Numbered from the stretch's first letter, positions 49,434 to 60,057 are shown. The stretch: DNA of 64,000 nt from an uncultured Candidatus Rokubacteria bacterium (GCA_963826115.1 CAWGVS010000006.1:864001-928000); one strand, 5' to 3'. Numbers and translations are program-made. Notes: generated from the letters alone by a model not told the origin.

Positions 49434-51032
49434 ATGAGCGCACGGTTCCCCGTCCCCGCCCTCGTCCGGTTCACCGTCGCGGCCCTGGTCGCGGGGCTGG
49501 CGGCCCTGGGGCTGGCCGCCGACGCCGGCGCTCAGGCCCTGGTCGTCGGCGCCAACTTCGTCGTCAAGAGCCTCGATCCCGCGCGCACCGTCGAGACGAC
49601 CAGCAACATGGTCAATCACTCCGTCTACGACTCGCTGGTCACCTTCGACGGCGAGGACCTCACGACCCCCAAGCCGTCGCTGGCCACGGACTGGACGGTC
49701 TCGCCGGACGGCCGGACGTACACGTTCCGGCTCCGGCGCAACGTGCGCTTCGCCAGCGGGAACCCACTGACCTCGGCGGACGTGAAGTGGTCGCTCGACC
49801 GGGTGCGGTACATCAAGAGCAACCCCGCCTTCTTCCTGAACTCGGTCGAGGACATCCAGGCCCCGGACCCCTACACCGTGGTCCTCAGGCTGAAGGCGCC
49901 GAACCCGGCGCTCCTGCCCATCCTGTCGAGCTCGAGCCTGGGCGCGGTGGACAGCAAGCTCGTCGCCCAGAAGGGCGGGGACGCCAGCCCGGACGCGAAG
50001 GACAAGGACAAGGCGGAGGCGTTCCTGATCGCGCAGTCCGCCGGTACCGGCGCCTACCTCATGGAGCGCTACGTTCCGGACCAGGAGATCGTCCTCGTCC
50101 GGAACCCGAGCCACTGGCGCGGGCCCGCGAAGGTCGAGCGCATCGTGATCCGCAACATCACCGAGCCGGCCGCCCAGAAGCTCCAGCTCGAGCGGGGCGA
50201 CCTCGACATCGCCACCGGGCTCGATCAGGACCAGATGCGCGCCATCCGGACCGCGAGCGGCGTCACCGCCAAGGCGAGCCCGGCCGCCACCACCTTCTAC
50301 GTCCTCATGAACGCCGACCCCCAGATCGGGGGCCCGTTCGCGAACCCGAAGGTGCAGCAGGCCGTGCGCTACGCGCTCGACTACGACGGCATCCTGGCGC
50401 TGGCCGGGCCGGGGGCCGTCCGGATGGCGGGCGTCATCCCGACGGTGTTCTCCGGCGCCATGGATCCGCAGCAGGGCGCGCGGATCGACCGCGACCGGGC
50501 CCGCGCGCTCCTGAAGGAGGCGAACCTGGGCGAGGTGAAGGGCGCGCTGAGCTACGCGAGCGACTCGACGATCTTCGGCGTCCAGATGAACCTGCTCGCC
50601 CAGAAGATCCAGGCCGACCTCGCCGCGGTGGGCATCACGCTCAGCCTGAACGGCCTGCCGCGCGCGACGGCGCTCCAGCTCTACCGGGACGGCAAGAACC
50701 AGATCAGCGCCTGGAGCTGGGCCGCGGACTATCCGGACGGCCAGAACTTCCTCGTCTACGCGCCGGGCCGGACCGTCGGGAAGCGGGCGGGCTGGCTCCC
50801 CGAGGCGAGCCCGGAGGCGCGGGAGCTCGCCCAGATCGCCGCCGACGCCGAGACCGAGCGGGATCCGTCGAAGAGCGCCGGCCTCTACCGGAAGCTCGAC
50901 GAGCGCATCGCGCAGGTCGGGCCGTACGCGCCGCTCTTCCAGCCCGCGGTGCCCTACGCCTTCCGCTCCAACGTGCAGGGCGTGACCTACAGCAGCGTGT
51001 GGGGCGTGGATTTCTGGACGGTGAGCAAGTAG
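49434..51032 (+). CDS. Peptide/nickel ABC substrate-binding protein (family 5)
   Basis: LDPAR, YTFRLRRNVRFASGNPLTSADVKWS, GTGAY. Confidence 0.92.
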   Translation: MSARFPVPALVRFTVAALVAGLAALGLAADAGAQALVVGANFVVKSLDPARTVETTSNMVNHSVYDSLVTFDGEDLTTPKPSLATDWTVSPDGRTYTFRLRRNVRFASGNPLTSADVKWSLDRVRYIKSNPAFFLNSVEDIQAPDPYTVVLRLKAPNPALLPILSSSSLGAVDSKLVAQKGGDASPDAKDKDKAEAFLIAQSAGTGAYLMERYVPDQEIVLVRNPSHWRGPAKVERIVIRNITEPAAQKLQLERGDLDIATGLDQDQMRAIRTASGVTAKASPAATTFYVLMNADPQIGGPFANPKVQQAVRYALDYDGILALAGPGAVRMAGVIPTVFSGAMDPQQGARIDRDRARALLKEANLGEVKGALSYASDSTIFGVQMNLLAQKIQADLAAVGITLSLNGLPRATALQLYRDGKNQISAWSWAADYPDGQNFLVYAPGRTVGKRAGWLPEASPEARELAQIAADAETERDPSKSAGLYRKLDERIAQVGPYAPLFQPAVPYAFRSNVQGVTYSSVWGVDFWTVSK

Positions 51033-51044
51033 CAGGGTCGCGAC

Positions 51045-52070
51045 CTGACGAGCCTCCGGCTGTTCGTCGCCCGCCGGCTTCTCTTGCTGGCGCCGATGCT
51101 CGTCGGCATCACGCTCCTGACATTCCTGCTCTCGCACGCCGTTCCCGCCGACCCGGTCACCGCGAGCCTCGGCGAGCAGGCGGCGGCGGACCCCGCCGTC
51201 GTGGCGGCGTTCCGCCGGGAGTGGGGGCTCGACCGGTCCCTGCCCGAGCAGTACGGGATCTACCTCTGGAACCTGGTCCGCGGTAACTTCGGCGTCTCGA
51301 TCTCCACCCGTCAGCCGGTCTGGCTCGACCTCCGTCAGACCTTCCCGGCCACGGTCGAGCTGGCGGTGGTCGCCATGAGCCTGAGCATCCTTGTCGGGAT
51401 CCCGCTCGGGATTCTCTCCGCGGTGAAGCGCGACCGCCTCGTCGACCAGGTGGCGCGCGTGGTCTCGCTGGTGGGCGTCTCGATGCCGATCTTCTGGCTG
51501 GGACTCGTGGCCTTGGTGGTCTTCTACGCGCGGCTCGGCTGGGCACCGCCGCCGGGACGGCTCTCGGCGACGCTCGCGGCGCCGCCCATGGTCACGGGCT
51601 TTCTCCTGGTGGACTCGCTCCTGGCCGGCCGGCCCGCCGTCGCGCTCGACGCCGTCCGCCACCTGATCCTGCCGGCCGCCGTGCTCTCGACCTACAACCT
51701 CGGCATTCTGACCCGCATGATGCGGGGGAGCCTGCTCGACGTCCTCGGCGAGGACTACGTCCGGACAGCCCGGGCCAAGGGCCTCGCGGAAGGGGCCGTG
51801 ACTCTCCGCCACGCGGCGCGGAACGCGCTCATCCCCGTGGTGACGGTCATCGGGCTGAGCTTCGGCCGGCTCCTGTCGGGCGCCGTCATCATCGAGAGCG
51901 TTTTCGCCTGGCCGGGGCTTGGCCTGTACGCCTTCCGGACCGCGACCTCGCTCGACTTCCCGGCCATCATGGGCGTCGGGATCGTCGTGGCCACGATCTA
52001 CGTGGTCGCCAACCTCCTGGTCGACGTCGCCTACGCGCTGATCGACCCCAGGATCCAGGTCGGGTCGTGA
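51045..52070 (+). CDS. Peptide ABC permease (DppB-like), start uncertain (in-frame CTG at 51045)
   Basis: FPATVEL, DYVRTARAKG, ESVFAWPGLG. Confidence 0.9.
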   Translation: MTSLRLFVARRLLLLAPMLVGITLLTFLLSHAVPADPVTASLGEQAAADPAVVAAFRREWGLDRSLPEQYGIYLWNLVRGNFGVSISTRQPVWLDLRQTFPATVELAVVAMSLSILVGIPLGILSAVKRDRLVDQVARVVSLVGVSMPIFWLGLVALVVFYARLGWAPPPGRLSATLAAPPMVTGFLLVDSLLAGRPAVALDAVRHLILPAAVLSTYNLGILTRMMRGSLLDVLGEDYVRTARAKGLAEGAVTLRHAARNALIPVVTVIGLSFGRLLSGAVIIESVFAWPGLGLYAFRTATSLDFPAIMGVGIVVATIYVVANLLVDVAYALIDPRIQVGS

Positions 52071-52876
52071 GGCTCTCCCCGCTCGCCGCCGCGGCCTTCG
52101 CGGTGGTCTTCCTGTGGCTAGCGCTGGCCGCGGCGGCGCCGCTGCTCGCGCCGTACGAGCCGCTCGGGCAGGACATCGCGGGCCGGCTCGCCCCGCCGAG
52201 CGCGCGCCACTGGCTCGGGACGGACGCGCTCGGCCGCGACATCCTGAGCCGCGTCCTTCACGGCGCGCGCATCTCCGTCCCCGTCGGGCTCGCCGCCGTG
52301 TCGCTGGCCGCCGTGCTCGGGGCGCTGATCGGCGGCGTGGCCGGCTTCGTGGGCCGCTGGCTCGACGACGTCACGATGCGGGTGACCGACCTCATGTTGG
52401 CGTTCCCGACCGTCATCCTCGCGCTGGTCATCACCGCCGCGCTCGGGGTCGGCATCCGGAACGCCGTCATTGCCATCATGGTCGCCTGGTGGCCCACCTA
52501 CGCGCGGCTGGTTCGCGGGCTCGTGCTGGCCGTGCGCGAGCGCGAGTACGTCCAGGTGGCGTACGCGCTGGGCGCGTCGGACGGGCGCGTGGCCTGGCGG
52601 TACGTCGCGCCCAACGTGGTGTCGTCGATCATCGTCCTCGCCACCCTCGACGTGGGCCACGCGATCCTCACGTTCGCGTCGCTCTCGTTCCTCGGGCTGG
52701 GCCCGCCGCCCGAGGTGCCGGAATGGGGGTCGATGATCGCCGCCGGCCGGAACTACCTCGACCAGTGGTGGATCGCGACCTTCCCGGGGCTCGCCATTCT
52801 GAGCCTGACGATCGCGTTCAACGTCGTCGGCGACAGCCTCCGGGACTTCCTGGATCCTCGCCTCCGCAAGCTGTGA
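52067..52876 (+). CDS. Peptide ABC permease (DppC-like)
   Basis: LGTDALGRD, PEWGSMI, GDSLRDFLDP. Confidence 0.92.
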   Translation: MRLSPLAAAAFAVVFLWLALAAAAPLLAPYEPLGQDIAGRLAPPSARHWLGTDALGRDILSRVLHGARISVPVGLAAVSLAAVLGALIGGVAGFVGRWLDDVTMRVTDLMLAFPTVILALVITAALGVGIRNAVIAIMVAWWPTYARLVRGLVLAVREREYVQVAYALGASDGRVAWRYVAPNVVSSIIVLATLDVGHAILTFASLSFLGLGPPPEVPEWGSMIAAGRNYLDQWWIATFPGLAILSLTIAFNVVGDSLRDFLDPRLRKL

Positions 52877-53104
52877 CGGCGGCACGGATCGGACGACCCG
52901 GCCGGCCATGCTGCGGTCGTCTCGGGGGCGTCGCCGCCCATGCGTGCCGGGCGGTAGCCGGGCGCCTCGTGCACGGCACGACCGGCTTCGAGTCGCTGCG
53001 GTCCACTGTCGGAGCGGCATGAGCGACCGGAGACGGCTCCCGCGCGGCACGTGCGGAACCGAACGCGCTGCCGGGCTCGATGTCCGCGATCGCGGGGATC
53101 GTCG

Positions 53105-54310
53105 GTGATCCCTCGCCTGACCGTGCTTTGCATGGGCGTGTCCCAGCTCGTGTGCTGGGGCGTCACCTACCATCTGATCGGCGTGTTCGGCGAGCCGATC
53201 GCCGCCGATCTCGGCTGGAGCCGTCCGCTTGCGTATGGCGGCCTGACGACCGCGCTCGTCGTGACGGGCGTGTTTTCGCCCCTGGCCGGCCCCATGATCG
53301 ACCGCCACGGCGGACGGCCCGCGATGGTGGCGGGATCCATTCTCGGCGCGATCGGATGTGTCGGAATCGCGATGGCCCACGATGTCTGGGTCTACTACGC
53401 CGCCTGGGTGTGCCTTGGCCTCGCGATGCGCCTCACCCTCTACGAGGCGGCGTTTGCGGCGCTCGCCCGGATCGGTGGCGCGGAGGCCCGGCGGCCGATC
53501 TCGCAGATCACGCTCCTGGGGGGTCTCGCCTCGACCGTGTTCTGGCCGATCGGGCATGCGCTCGGCGAGCGTCTTGGCTGGCGGGGCGCCGTGTTCACGT
53601 ACGCGGCCCTCGCTCTCCTCACCATCCCGCTCCACCTCACGATTCCGAGCGTCCGCTACGGAGAAGCGCGCGGGGAGCCATCCGGCCCCAAGCACGTTCC
53701 GCTCGCCCGGACCGAGCGGGAGCGGTTCGTCGCCGGAAGCCTCTATGCGCTGATCGCCACCCTGGCCGGCTTCCTCAATTCCGGCATCTCGCCGCACCTC
53801 ATCGGCCTGCTGATCGGGTTCGGGCTGGCGGGCTCTCTTTCGGTCTGGATCTCGTCGCTCCGAGGCGTCGGCCAGTCCTCGGCGAGGATCTGCGAGATCC
53901 TGTTCGGAAGCCGGGTCCATCCGCTCACGCTCAACCTGATCGGCGTGCTCGTCCTGCCGGTCTGCTTCGCCGTCGGTCTTCTGAGCGGGCGTTTCGTCGT
54001 CGCGGCGGTCGTCCTGGCCTTCCTGTCCGGCGCGGGCAACGGGATCGTCGCGATCACTCGCGGCACCCTGCCGCTCGTCCTGTTCGATCCCCGCACCTAT
54101 GGCGCGGTCACCGGCCGTCTGCTCGTGCCGAGCCTGCTCCTGGCCGCCGCGGCGCCCCTGACGTATGCCTTCGTCATCGAGCGATTCGGCGAGAGCGGCG
54201 CCCTCTACCTGTCGGTCGCGCTCGCCACCGCCGCTCTCGTCGCGGCAATCGCCCTCAAGGCGATGTTCCCCGTCACGGCGATGCCGGAGAGGGCGACCGC
54301 GAGGCGCTGA
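53105..54310 (+). CDS. MFS transporter
   Basis: About 12 hydrophobic segments, GPMIDRHGGR motif A, LYEAAFAAL, GGLASTVFWP. Confidence 0.85.
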   Translation: MIPRLTVLCMGVSQLVCWGVTYHLIGVFGEPIAADLGWSRPLAYGGLTTALVVTGVFSPLAGPMIDRHGGRPAMVAGSILGAIGCVGIAMAHDVWVYYAAWVCLGLAMRLTLYEAAFAALARIGGAEARRPISQITLLGGLASTVFWPIGHALGERLGWRGAVFTYAALALLTIPLHLTIPSVRYGEARGEPSGPKHVPLARTERERFVAGSLYALIATLAGFLNSGISPHLIGLLIGFGLAGSLSVWISSLRGVGQSSARICEILFGSRVHPLTLNLIGVLVLPVCFAVGLLSGRFVVAAVVLAFLSGAGNGIVAITRGTLPLVLFDPRTYGAVTGRLLVPSLLLAAAAPLTYAFVIERFGESGALYLSVALATAALVAAIALKAMFPVTAMPERATARR

Positions 54311-54379
54311 CCGGGCGAGGCACGTCGGTCGGGCGGGGGAGGAACACCTTGTTCGTCAGGCAGGGTGATCGCTTCCAGG

Positions 54380-54586
54380 CTACGCGGGGAGGATGCGCGC
54401 CTCCGGAACCTCCACTCGCCTGACCCCCTTGAAGCTGAAGAGCAGCTCGACGAGGTAGACCGGCGGCTCCGCGGACGTCTGCTGGACGATCGTCCCCAGC
54501 GCCTCGCGAACGTTCTGGCTGAACGCGACGCCCTGCACCACCATCCCGGAGAGATCGACCTTCACGCGCTGGCCGGGAGCAAGCAT
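54380..54586 (-). CDS. Small hypothetical protein
   Basis: 68 aa, directly downstream of the TPR gene, coding-like. Confidence 0.6.
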   Translation of the reverse strand: MLAPGQRVKVDLSGMVVQGVAFSQNVREALGTIVQQTSAEPPVYLVELLFSFKGVRRVEVPEARILPA

Positions 54587-54591
54587 GCTCG

Positions 54592-54921
54592 TTACTGGGC
54601 CTGCGTCTCGAGGCGACGGAGGAAGACCTCGATCTCCTTCTTGGTCTGGAGATCCCCGTTCCGCGTGGCGACGTCGAGCCCTTTCGCGTACGCCGCCCTC
54701 GCCTCGTCGAGACGCGCGACCCGCTCGAGGGAGCGCCCGAGCCCCCGGTACGCCGCCGAGTAGTCGGGCTTCAGGCGTATGGCTTCCCGGTACTCCGTCA
54801 CCGCGCTCTCGAACTGTTCCGCGGCCAGGTACGCGCCGGCGAGGCCGAAGCGGACGTCCGGATCCTCGGGCATGAGCTCCAGGACCTCCAGGAACTCGGC
54901 GATACGATCAGGCTCGGTCAT
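54592..54921 (-). CDS. Tetratricopeptide repeat protein
   Basis: AIRLKPDYSAAYRGLGRSL; RBS GGAAGGA. Confidence 0.85.
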   Translation of the reverse strand: MTEPDRIAEFLEVLELMPEDPDVRFGLAGAYLAAEQFESAVTEYREAIRLKPDYSAAYRGLGRSLERVARLDEARAAYAKGLDVATRNGDLQTKKEIEVFLRRLETQAQ

Positions 54922-54947
54922 GTCGGATTCCTTCCTGGCTCGCTCTC

Positions 54948-54971
54948 GAAGTGAGCGCCGGCGCTCACTTC
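54948..54971. repeat. Perfect 24-bp palindrome
   Basis: GAAGTGAGCGCCGGCGCTCACTTC equals its reverse complement. Confidence 0.85.
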
Positions 54972-55023
54972 CCGAACATCCCGCGGAGGTTCGCGAATTC
55001 CGCCGGTGGGCTCCGAGGCGACC

Positions 55024-56325
55024 CTAGGCGCGGCGGTCCACGACGATCCGTCCCTCGCGCATCACCACGAGGATGCGCGCCGGGTCCTGCAGGACGCGGA
55101 CGTCACGGTCCGGCTCGCCCGCGACCACGAGCAGGTCGGCGAGCTTGCCGGGCTCGAGGGTGCCCAGGCGGTCTCCCGCGCCCAGCGCCTCGGCGGCGTT
55201 CCGGGTGGCGGTCAGCAGCGCCTGCTCCGGCGACAGGCCGCGCTCCACCATCAGCTCGAGCTCGTAGGCGTTCTTCCCCCAGTAGTCGCGGAGGGACCGG
55301 TAGGTGTCCGTCCCGAGCGCCATCCGCACCCCGGCCTCCGAGGCGCGCCGGAACCACTGGTCCCCGATAGCGGCGACGCGCTGGTATTTCCGGACGACCT
55401 CGGCGGGTGCCTGGCCGGCGGCGCGCCCCGTTCTCGCGCGCTCGGAGCGAATCGAGATGGTCGGCACCATGAACGCGCCGGTCTCCAGGAAGAGCGCGAG
55501 GCACTCCTCGTCGAGCTCGGTGCCGTGCTCGATCGTGTCGACGCCGGCCCGGAGCGCCCGCTTCGTGGCCTCCGCGGTGTGGCTGTGGACGGCCACCCGC
55601 TTGCCCACGGCGTGCGCCTCATCGACGAGGGCGGCGAGCTCCTCGGCCGTGTAGTTCCGCCACCAGAGCTCCTCCTTGTGGCCGGCGGCCCCGCCCGACG
55701 CGGACGTCTTGAAGAGGTCGACGCCCAGTCGGATCTCGGCGCGCACCAGCCGGCGCACCGCCCAGGGCCCGTCGGCGTACACCGACTCGTTCCGCGGCCA
55801 GGCGTCCGGGAGGGGAAGATCAGAATGGCCGCCCGTCTGCCCCACCCAGCCCGCCACGAAGATGCGCGGGCCGGGCACGAGCCCGATCGCGATCGCGCGC
55901 CGGAGGGCCAGCACCTCGAGGTTGAGGGGATTGATGGGGCCCGCGAGGTCGCGCACGGTGGTGAAGCCCGCCTCCAGCATGAGCCGCGCGTTCTTCGCCG
56001 CGTGGAGCGTGAGGAGCTGGGTGCGGGCGCCCACCTCGGCCCAGATCGCGTTCGGCTCGTCGGGGTCGACCACGCTGACGAGGTGGACGTGGAGGTCCAT
56101 GAGCCCGGGCATGACGGTGGCGCCGGCGACGTCCAGGCGCGGGCCAGTCCAGTCGGCGAGCTCGCTGGCCGGTGCCACGCGCTCGACGCGGCCGTCCCGG
56201 ACGAGGAGCGCCGCGTTTCGCCGGGCCCCGGTCCCCGTGCCGTCCCAGAGGCGACCGGCCACGAGGAGGAGGTCGGCCGACGCGGAGCCGTGTGGTGCGG
56301 CGTCGTGACGGACGGGATCCGGCAT
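55024..56325 (-). CDS. Amidohydrolase-family protein (prolidase-like)
   Basis: MPGLMDLHVH, GFTTVRD, TIEHG, ALGTD, GKLADL. Confidence 0.9.
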   Translation of the reverse strand: MPDPVRHDAAPHGSASADLLLVAGRLWDGTGTGARRNAALLVRDGRVERVAPASELADWTGPRLDVAGATVMPGLMDLHVHLVSVVDPDEPNAIWAEVGARTQLLTLHAAKNARLMLEAGFTTVRDLAGPINPLNLEVLALRRAIAIGLVPGPRIFVAGWVGQTGGHSDLPLPDAWPRNESVYADGPWAVRRLVRAEIRLGVDLFKTSASGGAAGHKEELWWRNYTAEELAALVDEAHAVGKRVAVHSHTAEATKRALRAGVDTIEHGTELDEECLALFLETGAFMVPTISIRSERARTGRAAGQAPAEVVRKYQRVAAIGDQWFRRASEAGVRMALGTDTYRSLRDYWGKNAYELELMVERGLSPEQALLTATRNAAEALGAGDRLGTLEPGKLADLLVVAGEPDRDVRVLQDPARILVVMREGRIVVDRRA

Positions 56326-56434
56326 CGGCCGCTAGCTTGCCTCACGCGGGAATCGCGGCACAAGGGCCCGCACGATGCGAGTACAGCCAGGCGATGACGG
56401 CCGCCGGACCGTGCGGCACCGCGTCACGGCGAGG

Positions 56435-57382
56435 CTAGGCGCCGGGATCGTTGCGGTAGATGTCGGTGCTCAGGTAGCGCAGACCGGAATCGATGATGAT
56501 CGTCGCGACCGTGGCATCGGGCCCGAGTCGCTCGGCAACCCGGATGGCCGCGACCACGTTCGCTCCGGACGAAGCGCCTGCGAAGATGCCTTCCTCGCGC
56601 GCCAGTCGCCGGGCCATCTGCTTCGCGTCGCCCGTGGTGACCGTCTGGATCTCGTTGACGAGCTCCGGCTGCCAGAGCGGAGGGGTGAATCCGATGCCGA
56701 TTCCTTCGATCTTGTGCGAGCCCGACGGCCTTCCCGAGAGCACCGCGGACTCCGCCGGCTCGACGGCCACGATCAGGATCTGCTTGTTGTGATTCCACAG
56801 GGCCCTCGTCACCCCATGGATCGAATGCGCCGTGCCCACGGCGTGGACGAATGCGTCGATCCGCCCGTCGGTCTGCCGCCAGAGCTCCTCCCCGAGCGGG
56901 AGGTATCCTTCGATGGCATCGTGGTTGTTGAGCTGATCGCAGTACCAGTGCCCCGGCCGCCGGCTCACTTCCGCGGCCACGCGGATCATGTCCTTGATCA
57001 GGGCCTCGCTGATCATCTTGTTGACGCTCGGCACGTCGGTCACGCGCGCGCCGAACGCCTGCATCGTGCGCCGCTTCTCGTCGCTGAACGCGTCCGAGAA
57101 GACGATCTCGATGCCGTACCCCTTCGCGGCGCATACCAGGGCCAGGGAGATGCCGGTGGTTCCCGAGGTGTACTCGACGACCGTGCCCCCGGGCCGAAGC
57201 CGCCCGTCGGTCTCCGCGCGCTTGACCGCGGCGTCCGCCATGCGGTCCTTCATGCTCCCCGTCGGATTCGCCCACTCCAGCTTCGCGACGACGCGCGCGG
57301 AGCCGCGCGGCAGGACGTGGCGCAGCTGGACCAGCGGTGTATTGCCGATCCCACCCAGGACATTCGGGCCAATGGAGTCCAA
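56435..57382 (-). CDS. cysK: Cysteine synthase-family PLP enzyme
   Basis: IGNTPLV, NPTGSMKDR, TSGTTG, HKIEGIG, DSGLRYLST. Confidence 0.85.
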   Translation of the reverse strand: MDSIGPNVLGGIGNTPLVQLRHVLPRGSARVVAKLEWANPTGSMKDRMADAAVKRAETDGRLRPGGTVVEYTSGTTGISLALVCAAKGYGIEIVFSDAFSDEKRRTMQAFGARVTDVPSVNKMISEALIKDMIRVAAEVSRRPGHWYCDQLNNHDAIEGYLPLGEELWRQTDGRIDAFVHAVGTAHSIHGVTRALWNHNKQILIVAVEPAESAVLSGRPSGSHKIEGIGIGFTPPLWQPELVNEIQTVTTGDAKQMARRLAREEGIFAGASSGANVVAAIRVAERLGPDATVATIIIDSGLRYLSTDIYRNDPGA

Positions 57383-57540
57383 CGCTACCTCCTGTGCGGA
57401 TGGTGCCGGCGGCGGCCGCGCCTGCGAATCATCGGGAATGGCCGTACGCTTCTGAGCTGTCTGCCGAGATCCTGACGAGCCTCGATTTCAATCCGCCGAG
57501 CGGCTCGGTTCCCAGGTCACGGAATCTGGAGCCGGCCGCT

Positions 57541-58350
57541 CTACGGCCCGAAGTAGAGGCCGCCGTTGACGTCGATGGTGGCGCCGGAGACGTAGGCGCC
57601 CTGGTCGGAGCAGAGGAGCGCCACGACCCCGGCGATGTCGTCCGGACGCCCGAGGCGCCCGAGCGGGATCGCGCGGAGCAGCGCCTCGTGCTGCCCGGGC
57701 TCCCGGCGACCCCAGGACATGGCCGCCATTCGCTCCGTGTTGATGAAGCCCGGTGCGATCGCGTTCACCGTGATGCCGTGGGGGCCGAGCTCGAGCGCCA
57801 GGGTCTTCGTGAGCCCGATCACGCCGCCCTTGGCGGCGGCGTAGTGGACGCCCACGCGGTCGCTGCCGCGTCGGGCGGCGATCGACGTGAAGTTCACGAT
57901 GCGCCCGGACCGCCGAGCCTTGAGCGCGGGGACGAAGGCGCGGCACACGAGGAACGCGGTCGTGAGGTTGCTCGCTACGATGCGCGCCCAGTCGACGTCG
58001 TCGATCTCCTCGATCGGAGCCGCGCGAGTCTGGAGCGGCGGGAGCTGATCCTCACGGCTCGGGGCGACCGGTCCGCCGGCAACGTTGACGAGGAAGCTCA
58101 CGTCGCCGACCTCCCCGAGCACCCGCTTGGCGAGATCCATGACCTCGTGGGGGTCGGTCAGGTCGGCGACGTACGACTCGGGTGCCGCCGGGCCGAGCTC
58201 ACGGGCGAGCTCCTGCAGCCCCGCCTCGTAGATGTCGACCGCCGCGACGCGGACGCGCTCCCCGACCAAACGGCGCACCACGGCCCCGCCGATGCCGCTG
58301 GCGGCCCCGGTCACGACCGCCACTCGCTCCGCGAGCCCGGTCAGCTGCAT
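57541..58350 (-). CDS. SDR-family oxidoreductase
   Basis: TGAASGIG, YAAAK, NAIAPG. Confidence 0.92.
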   Translation of the reverse strand: MQLTGLAERVAVVTGAASGIGGAVVRRLVGERVRVAAVDIYEAGLQELARELGPAAPESYVADLTDPHEVMDLAKRVLGEVGDVSFLVNVAGGPVAPSREDQLPPLQTRAAPIEEIDDVDWARIVASNLTTAFLVCRAFVPALKARRSGRIVNFTSIAARRGSDRVGVHYAAAKGGVIGLTKTLALELGPHGITVNAIAPGFINTERMAAMSWGRREPGQHEALLRAIPLGRLGRPDDIAGVVALLCSDQGAYVSGATIDVNGGLYFGP

Positions 58351-58360
58351 CGATACGTCC

Positions 58361-59203
58361 TCACGCCGTGTACGAGGCCCCGTTGACGTCGAGCGTCACG
58401 CCCGTCATGTAGCTCGTCTCGTCGGTGCAGAGGGCGACTACGAGCCCCGCCACCTCATCTACCGTGGCGAAGCGCCGGAGCGGGACGCTGGCCGCCATGC
58501 CCTCCGGCCCGCGCTGGTCCCCGATCGTGGCCATGAGGCGCGTCGCGCGCCCGCTCAGGACGACGCCGGGCGCCACGCAGTTGACACGGACGCCGTCGGC
58601 CCCGAGCTCCAGCGCGAGCTGCCGCGTGAGCGCCATGATCCCGGCCTTCGCGACGGCGTACGGGCCGCTGCTGCCCTCGCTCCCGGGCGCGAGGCCCTTC
58701 CGCGCGGCGACCGACGCGAAGTTCACGATCGCGCCGCCCCGGGACGCGCGGAGGTACGGTGCCGCGGCCCGGGCGCAGTAGAAGGCGCCGTCCAGGTTCG
58801 CGCCGAGGATCGTCCGCCAGTCGCCGAGGCTGCAGTTCGTGAGGCCCACGAACCCCCGGCGGGGCGGCGCGGTGAGGTCCTCCGGCGTGATGCCCCAGCT
58901 CCCGCCGACGGCGTTGACCAGGATGTCGATCCGTCCGAGCTCGCTGGCGGCTTCCTTCACCATCGCCTCGGCCGAGGCGGGGTCGGCCACGTCGGTCCGG
59001 ATCGAGCGGGCCCGCCGCCCGGCGGCCTCGATCGCGCGCGTGACCTCGGTGAAGCCGGCCTCGTAGAGGTCGGCCACGACGACGTCGGCGCCCTCGCGGG
59101 CGAGCCCGAGAGCCACGGCGTGGCCGATGCTGTCCGGCTTGGCGGCGCCGGTCACGATGGCGACCCGGCCGGCGAGCGGCGGCGGCCCCTCCACGCGGGT
59201 CAC
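58361..59203 (-). CDS. SDR-family oxidoreductase
   Basis: TGAAKPDSIG, YAVAK, NCVAPG. Confidence 0.9.
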   Translation of the reverse strand: MTRVEGPPPLAGRVAIVTGAAKPDSIGHAVALGLAREGADVVVADLYEAGFTEVTRAIEAAGRRARSIRTDVADPASAEAMVKEAASELGRIDILVNAVGGSWGITPEDLTAPPRRGFVGLTNCSLGDWRTILGANLDGAFYCARAAAPYLRASRGGAIVNFASVAARKGLAPGSEGSSGPYAVAKAGIMALTRQLALELGADGVRVNCVAPGVVLSGRATRLMATIGDQRGPEGMAASVPLRRFATVDEVAGLVVALCTDETSYMTGVTLDVNGASYTA

Positions 59204-60057
59204 CTCGCGAGCGCCGCCCGCCGCGCCGCGCCGGTGGGCCCGCCCCACATCTCCTGGACGTGCGGGTCCAGGGCGTCGCGGATCGCGTCGCCGACGAGGT
59301 TGAACGCGATCACCGTCAGGACCAGCGCGACGCTCGGAAACACGGTGAGCCAGGGCGCCTCACGCAGCACCAGGCGGCCATTGTCGATCATGTTGCCCCA
59401 GGTCGGGGTCGGCTCGGTGATGCCGAGGCCGAGGAAGCTCAGCATCGACTCGGTGAGGATCGCCGCGGGGACCAGGAGCGTGCAGAGGACGATGACCGGG
59501 TCGACGCCGTTCGGCAGCACGTGCCGCAGGAGGATGCGTCCGGTGCTCGCGCCGGCGGCGCGCGCCGCCTCGACGTACTCCCGCTCGCGCACGGCGAGGG
59601 CCGCCGCCCGCGTGACCCGGGCGAACTGCGGGACGTAGCCGAGGCTGATGCCCGCGATCACGGTGCCGAGGCCGGGGCCGAGGGCGGTCACGATGGCGAG
59701 CGCCAGGATCAGCGCCGGGAAGGACTGGAGCACGTCGACGCCCCGCACGAGGAGGTCGCTCGCGGGACCCCGGAAGTATCCGGAGGTGAGGCCGACGACG
59801 GTGCCGGTGACGGCGCTGATGACCACGACGGCGGCGCCCACCGCCAGCGACACGCGCGCCCCCCAGACCACGCGGCTCAGGATGTCGCGCCCCAGCCGGT
59901 CCGTGCCGAGGACGTGCTCCGCGGAGGGCGCCTTCAGCCGGCGGACCACCGACTGGGCGGTCGGACTCTTCACAGGGAGGCCGGGCGCGGCGAGGGCGAC
60001 CACGACGACGCTCGTGATGAACAGGCCGCTCAGGAGCACGGGGAGGCGGAGCCTCAC
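59200..60057 (-). CDS. Peptide ABC permease (DppC-like)
   Basis: LGTDRLGRD, REYVEAA, GDAIRDALDP. Confidence 0.92.
   Translation of the reverse strand: MRLRLPVLLSGLFITSVVVVALAAPGLPVKSPTAQSVVRRLKAPSAEHVLGTDRLGRDILSRVVWGARVSLAVGAAVVVISAVTGTVVGLTSGYFRGPASDLLVRGVDVLQSFPALILALAIVTALGPGLGTVIAGISLGYVPQFARVTRAAALAVREREYVEAARAAGASTGRILLRHVLPNGVDPVIVLCTLLVPAAILTESMLSFLGLGITEPTPTWGNMIDNGRLVLREAPWLTVFPSVALVLTVIAFNLVGDAIRDALDPHVQEMWGGPTGAARRAALAR

Noticed and set aside
57541-58420. Similar 3' ends of the two tandem SDR genes
   Set aside because: Both are full-length paralogues; this is ordinary family conservation, not a displaced end.
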